Positions 10,981 through 20,000 of a stretch of DNA of 20,000 nucleotides are shown piece by piece (within the stretch, counting starts at the first letter, position 1; the number at the start of each line of letters is the position of its first letter). The notes under the pieces are model-generated. The model did not search any database. It was not told where the DNA came from and was given only the letters and a program-made list of their open reading frames with translations. The position numbers and the translations under genes were made by a program. The DNA lies in assembly GCA_018398765.1 (NCBI GenBank), contig JAHBMJ010000444.1, positions 108,020 through 128,019 of the forward strand. The letters are read 5' to 3'. This DNA comes from Chromera velia. Taxonomy: Eukaryota.

Positions 10981-11219
10981 CCTTCCTCAATTTCCTCCTC
11001 CCCCACTTCCTCATTTACTTCCAACTCGACCCGTCTGTTCGGGCCATTTGCCCCCGTCACTTCTGCAACTGTTTGTCTTGCCTCTCCTTGACTGCCTGTC
11101 GAACTTCGTTCTGTCTTTCCTGCGGGTCTTGGGGAAGCAGTTGGCTCTCCCCGTGCCCGTTCTCGACCTCTCGCTCCCTCCTCTACCTTATCGCTCATTT
11201 CCGGGTCACGGCTGTAGTA

Positions 11220-12290
11220 CGGCTTGACTCTACGCCTGCTCACAACCTTCAGCCTTTGGGCGCCTGGTCTTTTGAGAACTAGGGTGGAATTCAGCCTGAC
11301 TTGCTCAACCCGATACGGCCCTTCCCATTTTGGGGCCAATTTCTCGCTCACCCCCTTGTGAGCATCTGTCCTCAACCATACGTACTGTTTTTCTTTGTAC
11401 TCGATTGGTCCTTGCGGTGCCTTCCCTCCCCCTTTCTGCTGCTGTTTTTGCAGGATTCTCCTCATTTTTGACTCTGCCGCCTCTTGCCAGAACTGCTGCT
11501 GTAGGTGGGATTCTTTCCAGACCTCACCAAGGAGGTCAATGTAATCCTCAGCAAGGACCCCGGGCTGGTCCTCTGTCAGGTCTGTCAAGAGACGGGATGG
11601 CTTGTTTGGGTGGCGGCCATAGAGAAAGAAAAACGGGGACATGCCCATACCTTCATGGGTTTGGGTGTTAAAAATGTATTGGGCGAAGGGACAGTATAGT
11701 GGCCAGTCTTGCTGGTGTTTGTGGATGTAGGCTGATAGAATTTCCTTCAGCCGTCTGTGGAACCGTTCGAGCCGGGCATTCGTTTGGGGGTTATATGCGG
11801 TCGAGACAATACGTCGGGTGTTGCACAAATCACAGATTGCCTGAATTAATGATTGGATCAAGGAAGTTGCTTCCCTGGTCACTTAAAAGTTCTAAAGGTG
11901 CCCCCCACCTCAAAATGATTCTTTCAACGAGGGCTCTGGCTACGGTTGGGGCCTTCGCATCTGTGAGTGCTGCTATTTCGGTCCATCGACTCGTGCAGTC
12001 CATTGCAGTGAGGATCCACTTAAACCGTCTGCCCTCTATCTGATTGGACAGTACTAAAGGGCCCACCAGATCGACCGCAAACCTCTGGAGCGGTTCAATA
12101 AAGGGTTCTTGAATCACGAATGTGTCTCTTTCTGCTTTCCGTTTCCTCTCTTGGCATGTTTTGCAGGTCTTCACGAACCTTTTGATGTCTGCAAAGACAT
12201 TCCTCCAATACAGGTCAGCCGTCAGATCTCTAATCATCTTCTGTATGCCTGCATGGCCAGCGACCAGACAGGTGTGATAGTTGTGTAGTG
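11220..12290 (-). pseudogene. Integrase (HHCC zinc finger, DDE core, GPY/F), frameshifted
   Basis: HTCLVAGHAG...CKTCQ, AVDLVGP, SDQGSNF, YNPQTNARLERFHR and KWEGPYRV. Net +1 frameshift at ATC ATT AATT CAG (about 11844-11850), probably a 4-bp duplication. Confidence 0.93.
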
Positions 12291-12639
12291 CTTCTCTCTG
12301 CAATGCTTTGGGGACAACCGGGAGGAAACGCGTTCCCTTTTTATGTCCCGAGGCTGGGGGTAGCATTTGCAAAAGGAGGCCCCGGTCCATTACATATATG
12401 CTGGCTTGTATATCAAGGCGGGGACTGTGCTCTGCCTTCCCTTCCTGAACCCCCTCCTTTTTGGTAAGATACTGAATAAGCGGTTTTAGTTCTTCATCCT
12501 CCTTCTGTTTTTCTATGAATTCCTCCCTCTTCCATACTTTGCAGATCGTTTCTTCGACGGGAAGGGCGGACACTGGGGCTACTACGATTTCATCTTTTGT
12601 GTCGGAATCCAGACGGACAGGGGGCTAGCCCTCATAGAC

Positions 12640-13030
12640 AAAGGGCTCTCGGGTCAGTCCATCTGCGTCTAGATGGCTTCTCCCCGGGCGGTGCTCTACT
12701 GTATAGTTGTAGATACTCAGCTTCAGGCTCCATCGATGCAGTCTCGCATTCGTATCCTTGAAGGAGTCTAGATAGAGGAGAGCCTTATGATCGGTGACTA
12801 CTTTGAAGGGAACACCGTATAAGTACTCTCGATAGTGGTGTATCCCCCATACGACTGCATACGCCTCTATCTCTGATATTGATCACCAAGCCTCAACGGC
12901 GGTGAGCCGGCGGCTTGCATACGAAATAACCCTCGCCCTCCCTTCTTTATCCTCCTGCAGGAGGATAGCTGCCACCGCAGCCAGGCTGGCATCCGTGCGA
13001 AGAATGAAAGGCTTGGTGAAATCGGGGTAG
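12640..13030 (-). pseudogene. Ty3-type RNase H domain
   Basis: PFILRTDAS...ISYASRRL...W*SISEIEAYAVVWGIHHYREYLYG...VVTDHKAL...RLHRWSLKL...HRPGRSHLDADGLTR, read manually through the TGA. Confidence 0.93.
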
Positions 13031-13079
13031 ACAAGCACATCTGCTGTGGTCAGTGCCTGTTTGAGTGCTCTAAAGGCTT

Positions 13080-13800
13080 CCTCTTGGGGTGCCTGCCATA
13101 CGAAAGGGGTTCCCTTCTGAGTTAGCTCCAAAAGTGGAGCAGCGGTGCCGCTAAAATTGGGAACGAACGATCGATAGTATCTGCATACCCCCATGAAGCT
13201 TTTGATCTCTTTCACGTTTTTCGGGGCTCTTGCTTCTGTGATGGCTTTCACTTTTTCTTCACAGGGGCGCAGGCCTTCTTGGGAGACCTGGAAGCCAAGG
13301 TATCGGAGCGAGGTTTGACCAAACCTGCATTTTTGGAAGGCTAGCCTCGCGTTGGCTTCAGTCAACCTCTTCAGTATTCTTCTGAGATCGGATAAATGCT
13401 CTTCCCAACTGCTGCTGCTGCATAAAATATCGTCCACGTATACATTCGCGCAGGGAAGGTCACCGACCAGGCGGTCGATCGTCCTTTGGAACTCAGACGG
13501 ACTGATCGAGAGGCCCATCGGGAGCCTCTTGTGCTGGAATTGCCCCCACTTAGTATAAAAGGCAAGCTTTGGTCGGTCTATCAGCCGCACTACTAACTGA
13601 AAGAAAGCAGAAGGGAGATGATCAAGGAGTGAAAACAGTTTTTTCCCTCTCAGGGAGCTCAGGATCTTTTTGATATCCCCCAGGGGCCAGTGGTCCCATG
13701 CTATTACCTTGTTGAGGGCTCGGAAGTCTACTGTGAGCCTGAGCTTCCCCGAGGATTTCCGTACGAGACAGACAGGTACTCTCCAGGGAGAACGAGCAGG
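13080..13800 (-). pseudogene. Reverse transcriptase domain
   Basis: SPWRVPVCLVRK, LRLTVDFRALN, RLPMGL, catalytic YVDD (13429-13440), KCRF and YLGF. Confidence 0.97.
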
Positions 13801-14659
13801 CTCAATGATGTCCTGTTTAATCAGTTCATTTATCAACTCCTTTGCCTCCCCTTCCAGCGCGTAAGGGATCGGTCGGGGCCGAACGTAGATCGGCTTTGCA
13901 TCCCCTGTGTCTATTTGGATTTCGGGGCCTTTAATTTTTCCGATATCCGTGGGGGTGGGGGCTAAACAAGCAAACTCTTGTAAGAATTTCCTCAGCTCCC
14001 CCTTTTATTCTTGCGTGAGCTCCTCACTCTTCTGAAGGGCTTCTTCGATACTTTTCCTGGCTTGCTCTGTTTGTGCAGTTTGGGTTGGGGGGCAGGTACG
14101 GAGGGGTACTGTTTCGAGATCACCATCTTCAACGACTTCGGTTACTAGGGCAGAGACGTTGGGAAGGTCAGGGGGTGTGGCTATTGATGTCGCAGGGTGG
14201 CTGGAAAGGGATCGTTCAGCGGACCCCCCTCTTTCCTTGCTCACTTCCTGTTTTCCTTTCTCATCAGCTTCTGGCAGGGCCATGCAAACCGTGACCACTG
14301 CCACAAGTATGAAAGGTTTCACCGTGCATTCATGGGTTGTACAATTGCAGAGTGCTACTCGAACCGAGCGGTTTTCGACTATTGACACCGTTTCTTGCAC
14401 TTCTATTCCTGCAGGTAGCAACTCCCTGCGAGGAACAGTCAGGGGCGACACGCACACCATAGTCCCGTCGGGCATGGGAGTTCCGTCGGGGATCCTGATG
14501 TTTAGGTAAGAGAGAGTGAGGGGGCGTAGGACCTGGGATGAGGGAAGAGAGAGAGAGAAAGGAAGAAAACTTCTTTCTTTTTCCAACACAGTCATAGAGG
14601 TCAGAGTAACAGGCAGAGGAGGCAAGGAGCCTAGCGTGACCCCCGTCTCCTTGAGAAAT

Positions 14660-14965
14660 AGGCAGTCTGGTTTGAATCCAACCGCCTCAGTGTGGGTTCG
14701 ACAGAAGTCAATCCCCAGAATGCATGCATGTCGTGTATTCCTCGTGACATAGAAGGTCTGTTTCCTCACCTTGTCCATGAAAAGACTCAACATAATCACC
14801 CCTACATTCTCCAAACATTCCCCTCCTTCACCTTTCAACTTCATGGGGGATGGATACAAACGGTAAGACCCTCCATGCGTAGCATTCAACCTCGACAACA
14901 CTTCTTCCCCCAGCGTCGACACATCACTCCCCGTGTTAATCAGAGCTGGGATCATGAACGTTTTT
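14660..14965 (-). pseudogene. Aspartic protease domain with catalytic Asp replaced by Asn
   Basis: ALINTGSDVSTL in place of DTGS (AAC at 14935-14937) and downstream CILGIDF. Confidence 0.88.
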
Positions 14966-15326
14966 TCCAGGTCAATGCACATTCCCATCCTACTGGCCGC
15001 AGGGTGGAGATTGATGTGGGCGAGAAGTGCTTCTCTCTGCGGTACGACTGGGGCCATTCCGGGCGCCTGACTCTGCCCCTCGAAGGCAGGCGCATCAGTG
15101 TTTTTGCTGGCCCAAGGGAGTTCGGTTGGCTGCTGAGGCCATAACTCCGGATGGGTCATTGGAGGCAACGCTCTCAAGGCGGGTCTGTCCATAACTTTTG
15201 GGAGTGGCATGGGGGCACCAAGAGTCCCTCTCGGGGGCATGACCTGGTGTGGTTGGCCTCCTCTCACAGCTGGGGGTGCAACCCAAGGCTCCTGTTGGAT
15301 AGGTCGGCCCCGGCCCGCAGGCGGCC

Positions 15327-16865
15327 CTAGAGGCTCAAATCGTCGCCCCTGGGTTCCGTCCCAGGGCCTTTTCCGATCGTTACGTGTCCACCCGTTCTGC
15401 TGAGGGAGTGCAAACTCCGAAGGGTGGGGGTCGGGAAGCTCACGTCTGGGAGGGGCCCACCCCTGAACTGAGTACCTTCCCATCGTCCTCCAGACCTGAA
15501 AGCATCCCCGCTGTAGGCATCTTGCCCCCATCTAATTCTAATTGGTGGGTTGGGGCAAGCTGCTTTGATATGTCCTGTCTGTTTACACCGGTGACAGGTG
15601 GTTGAAGCGGGAACAGGGCACCCCTCTTCTGTGTGTGGTCTCGTTCCTGCACACCGCTCACACTGCACTTGTGCGGAAAGTGCGAGGGCGGCATTGTTGA
15701 GAACCCTTCGCATCATCTCTTCTGGGGGCACCATCAACTGTTCTTCCTTACTTTGCGACTGGGCATTCGACTCTTCTCCTTCTACTACTGAAATTCGAAG
15801 ACGTTTGATGGGTCGGTCTCCCTCACTTACCCCCCCTATTTCTCGGTTTCGTTTCTTTTTCACTACGTCCNCCCACTTCCTCAGCTGCACCTGCATCTCT
15901 TCAAAAGTGTCATACGTTTTGCTTTCCATTTGAATGCGGACCTGATCATCCTCTAGGCCCTCAATGAAGGCTGCTAGTGCGGTCGGGTCGTCGGTGCCTT
16001 GGTCTGCAATCCCGCAATTTTCCTCAAAACGTCGAACGTACTCAGTAGAGCTCTCCCCAAACCTCTGAGCGATCTGCAACAGCTCTCTCTTCTTGCGCTC
16101 TGCTTCTTTCTCATCTATGCCATATTTCTTCATGAACAGCGTTTTCAGGCCTTTATGAGTGGCACACTTAGCTAGCCTTTCAGGGAGTAAAATCTCAAAC
16201 CATTCCTTTGCAGGTCCTTTGAGGGTAGTCGGGAGGTAGATGTTTTTCAGGTTTGTGAACGTCCACTCGAGGCTCTCATACAGTCTCATCACCGAGTTTC
16301 AAAAACCCCGAGCCTTCACGCGGTCTCCATCAAACGATGGTAAGTCTATCTTTACTTTGGGGAGGTCAAAGGGGGGCAGGGACGGAACTATCGGCGCCTG
16401 GGGTCTGCAGCGTGATGGCGCTCTAGATAATGCCATGTCAACAGACATGGGTTCTATGCGGCGAAGCTTCAGTGCCCCCGTATCGGATCTTGTCAGAACA
16501 ATCCCCATGTTGTGCAATTCAGACAATACCTCCGGAGAGGCCTCTTGTGATAGGATCTCTTCTCCATCCTCCCCTGAGTCTCCTGCCTCCAGGCCCTGTA
16601 TCCTACTCCTTCTGTGCGTCGGGTCTGCACGTCTATTTCCTGGCCCTACTAGTTGTTCCACCCTCTCTTCCCCTACTTCTTTTGCCTGCACTTCTTGGAC
16701 CACAGGGTTGGCCTCTTGCTCCTGTTCTTCTTCTCTTTCCCTATTCTTTGCTGATTTCCTTCCCCCACCTTTCAGACCCACCTCTTGCAATCCTTTCTGG
16801 AGCCCTTTTCCGTTTTTCCCTGCCTGCTCCTCTTTCTTTGCTTGTGATCGAGTTCGCGGAGCCAT
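15327..16865 (-). pseudogene. gag: Gag (capsid-like region plus two zinc knuckles)
   Basis: LPSFDG, LKGPAKEWF, QRFGESSTEYVRRF (major-homology-like) and FIEGL. Knuckles CERCAGTRPHTEEGC (CX2CX5HX4C, 15618-15662) and CHRCKQTGHIKAAC (CX2CX4HX4C, 15555-15596). One internal TGA. Confidence 0.92.
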
Positions 16866-16999
16866 GTTTCTATCTGCAGCCGCTCTGAATTGCGATGGCT
16901 ATCCTTTCCTTCTCACCCCCTTTTCTTTCTTTTCTTTTTCTTTTCCTTCAAGCCTGCAGTGTCACTTCATTGGCTGTTTCAGAGGCTTTCGAGTGGGCC

Positions 17000-19030
17000 C
17001 TACAGGCCCTCCTGGGAATGCTCCCTATCAGGTGGTTGGTGCTGGGTCGGATCACTCGCAGAAGGTAAGGGGAACGGTGGAGCGAAACCTAGTGGGGCAG
17101 TCAGATTCGAACTTGTGACGAGGCCTGCTGGGGGGTTTGCTCCCCAGGTGAATGGAGTGATCAGATGGGTATCTCCAGACGGTCCTGGCCACCGCGCAGG
17201 TGGGGGTCCGGGAGGCGGAGGGGGCACGCTACCGAGGGGCCCTAAGCTCCTTGTCTGAGAAAGTTGCAAACAGGCACTCTCCTCTCCTTGTTGTTTCGTA
17301 AGCACGGCGGAGACTTGAACCAACGCCGTCCAGACTTCTTTCCAGATGGTTGCTTGCAAAGCTTCAATCAGCATTTGATGAATGTTTGGGGAGTTTTTCA
17401 GTATCTCTCGTACCCCTTCTCTAATGAGCACTTGAAGGATACCTGGGGAGTCTAGCACTGACGTGTTCGACAGGGGGTTCACGTAGAGAGAGGGGAACGG
17501 TTTTACTGTTGGCACTGTATGTGGGTTTTGAACGATACACCCATCGATCGGAATGGTACCAGAGGGGAGGAGAGGGAATTGGTAGCCTCGCTCTGCCAAT
17601 GAAGTTCCTTGGGGGGCTGTGTGGGCTGTTGTGGGAGAGGGGTAGGGGTTGCCTGGCAGAAGCTCAGCCCGGGAGCCGTTAAGGTCTGTCTGGAACGTCT
17701 TGCCGACGCTTGCAGGGTGAGAGTCTACCTGAATTTCGGCTGCAAGTACTTTGTAGGGCGGCAGCGCGTTGCACACTTATGTGCAATCTGACAGCCTGGA
17801 TGTGTAGTGAAAAATCGGCTCGGATACGGAGCAAGGCAGTGGGAGACTCACTATGGCGTCTCGGTTTGCAGTTCGCTTTGGTTGGGGATGGCGATGATGC
17901 AAGGCTATTGGTGTAGCAGCTTTGGGTCTGGGAAAGCGTCTGCGGTCCTGCCAGTGGTGCGAGAGCGGTAGCAGGAAGGGATCGTCCTCGTAGGAGTGTT
18001 TTTTTTTTTTCTTCAAAGCGGAAGGGAGGAAAGAATTAGAGAGGCACTCAGAGAGCAGGAAGCTATAAAGGCTCTTTGGCCAGCGGTGGGGTTTCCCCAG
18101 GCAAACTGTAGTGGGGCTTCTCCTTATTCTTCCTTATATAGGCTCAGTTGGGGCTGTCTGTCTTGCTATAGGAAGGGTGTGGTCAGACGAGTAAAGCTTT
18201 TGATTCGTGCTGCAGGGCGCGGTTGGTTGGTTGTGTTCGGAGGATTACAGGTGGTTTGGCGGGAATCTTCTTCCTGTCGAAGGGTCCCGGTATTCAGTGT
18301 ACTGGATGGTTGGCCTGCAGTTGTGAGAGCCGTCACTTACAAGCAGGGTGCTGTGTGGGGAGTAGATGATGATGAGCGGTCTGGTTTCCTCGTTTTTGTA
18401 GAAATCTGATCCCAACCTCTGCGACTGGGAGTCGTCTGATTCGGGTGGTGGTCGGTTTGTTCGAGTCCTGATAGGAAAACATAACTCAGTAGGTGAGGGA
18501 GGATCAGGAGCGGGACGACGGCGGGGGTTTGCTACGGGGGTCGAGCAGTACGGGCGGGTGTTTTCAGCCTGAGAATCTTCTGATACCCCGGAATGGGACG
18601 CTACTGGATGTGCGGCCCTGATTGAGTCTCTGTTGGGGACGTGTGAGAATCCCCTCTCAATATTGAGCATCCGGAGGGATGCTAAGAGGGATGGTTGAGA
18701 TTCCCTCCTGCGACCGGCACGGAGGTTGGCAGTGGCAGAAGCGATGTGTGAGGGAATCAGCTGGTGAGTGTGACCCCTTCTTTGAGTGGGTGGCACTCGA
18801 TCAACCAGGACCTGTCGAATGTAGGGGGTCTCACTCTCAGAGGGCGAAGCCGACTGAGAGGATGAGGTGCGAGGGGAAGGAGGTAGTGCCTGCTGTAGGG
18901 GAAGTCTAGAGGGCGAGCTGGGTTTGTCCGGGGATGCTGCCGCTTGCCTCGTGGAAGTCTGTGACCGTTTCGTTTTGGCGACGGGGTTTTTGACCCAGCA
19001 GCTTGCAGATACTTGCAGTCTATACTGAGT
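17000..19030 (-). pseudogene. Decayed additional ORF upstream of gag (Pro/Ser-rich, unknown function)
   Basis: ORFs 17000-17776, 17777-18016 and 18245-18796 share one frame. Manual translation finds only three internal TAA stops (18245, 18134, 17777) in about 677 codons. Confidence 0.6.
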
Positions 19031-19402
19031 CTAAATGTTTCCAAGGCTGGGGGCTCTCTCTATCAGAGAACTTTGCAGCGCTTCGCGGCTTGGTCTGGCG
19101 TGGGAAGACTTCTCTAGCAGAGACAAAGAAAGACGTGTCCCGATGGTTCTAACTGAAAACAAGACAGCGCTTCACGGTCTACTTTTGTCAAAAAGAAGCT
19201 CAGACTCGAGTCTGACTGAAGGTGGAGAAGACAGAAGGCTTTTTGCTTGCTTCGGTCTCAAAGGGTCCTTGGTAAAGACAGTGAGGGACCCGTCTGACAA
19301 ACACTGGGCAGCGCTTCACGGTTTGCCTCTACCTAATGATCGAGTACCCTTGGTGAGGATGGAGAAGACAGAAGGTCGCTTGCTGTTAAAACAGCACGAG
19401 CT

Positions 19403-19420
19403 CGAAGAGTGGCGTCACCA
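19403..19420 (-). other. Primer binding site (tRNA not identified)
   Basis: Minus strand: LTR end ...CGTAACA, 2-nt spacer CG, then TGGTGACGCCACTCTTCG. TGG pairs with a tRNA CCA end. Confidence 0.8.
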
Positions 19421-19422
19421 CG

Positions 19423-20000
19423 TGTTACGACCTCCCCTTTTTTGGTGAATTGGGCGCCTACCTAGCTGTGCCTCACCGGAGTTGACGAGTCCGACAAGTG
19501 GCCTTGTCGGTTCGACAAACGGGCTTGCAGGTTCGACAAGTGAGGTTGAAGGTCCAACAACTGAGCTTGAAGGTTCGACAAGCGAGATTGAAGGTTCGAT
19601 AAGTGAGATTTAAGGTTCGACAAATGAGATGGGAGGTTCGACAATTTAAGAGTCATACACGGAAGTCACTGGTTCGACATACGGAATCGGGGTTCGACAT
19701 ACGGAACCGAAGTCCGACAAACCAAATTGCAGATTTCTGGATTCAAATTTCACTTCTTTGAAAGTAGGATCGGGATCGTCAAGATCATGAATTTCATGAA
19801 AAGTTGTAACCTCGCAAAAATGTCATGCAATCGTTCGACAGAAAAAGCCATCTGAGCCAGAGTTCGACAAAAAGATCAACACGTTCTTTCTCTTTCCATG
19901 TGTGTCTCTTTTTTTCCCTCCTTAATTTTCTTATGTATTTTATGTATTCCGTTTTATCTTTGGTGTGTTTTGCCATCTCTAAACGGTCGTACAACAAAAA
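19423..20000 (-). repeat. 5' LTR (partial; U5 end), including the 21-bp array at 19489-19645
   Basis: Colinear with 3792-4369. Similarity begins exactly at TGTTACG, adjacent to the PBS. Confidence 0.96.

Larger units (their letters stand above)
10734..16865 (-). pseudogene. gag-pol: gag-pol polyprotein pseudogene
   Basis: ATG at 16865. In-frame stops at 16299-16301 (TGA), 14005-14007 (TAA), 12883-12885 (TGA), 12625-12627 (TAG) and 10920-10922 (TAG). Frame changes at about 15330-15530 and about 11844-11850. Recognisable protein continues across each break. Natural stop TAG at 10734-10736. Confidence 0.93.
3792..20000 (-). mobile_element. Ty3/Gypsy LTR retrotransposon with chromodomain-bearing integrase, non-functional copy, predicted about 17 kb, extending past the window
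   Basis: Direct repeats start TGTTACG at 3792 and 19423 (offset 15631, no indels over 578 bp). PBS inside the right LTR, PPT inside the left LTR, domain order gag-PR-RT-RH-IN-chromo on the minus strand. Confidence 0.95.

Noticed and set aside
15871..15871. Single N base in gag
   Set aside because: Assembly ambiguity with no biological meaning; the frame is preserved.
10920..16301. Internal stops as programmed read-through or an alternative genetic code
   Set aside because: All three stop types occur, each is one transition from Gln or Trp codons, and they co-occur with a frameshift and a dead protease site, which indicates mutational decay.
10875..17258. Many plus-strand ORFs antisense to gag-pol, e.g. 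16240-17118 (292 aa)
   Set aside because: Shadow ORFs of a GC-rich coding strand with no motifs.

Overview
Eukaryotic genomic DNA dominated by one large, decayed Ty3/Gypsy (Metaviridae) LTR retrotransposon on the minus strand, from 3792 to beyond the right edge. It has a 3' LTR at 3792-5142 (or ending at 5080), a PPT, about 5.6 kb of unexplained 3' internal DNA, a gag-PR-RT-RNaseH-IN-chromodomain pseudo-polyprotein at 10734-16865 (5 premature stops, 2 frame breaks), a decayed extra reading frame upstream of gag at about 17000-19030, a PBS, and the start of the 5' LTR at 19423-20000. The two LTR copies differ almost only by C/T and G/A transitions (manual count about 27 of 28 differences in 578 bp). 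Left of the element are an intact intronless 184-aa P-loop ORF resembling the Phytoreo_S7-type domain of dsRNA viruses, a compound microsatellite and weak decayed coding fragments. The most interesting items are the S7-like ORF, the upstream extra ORF, the antisense exon-like structure of the long 3' region and a duplicated PPT/LTR-end junction. All family assignments come from motif recognition by eye; no searches were run.
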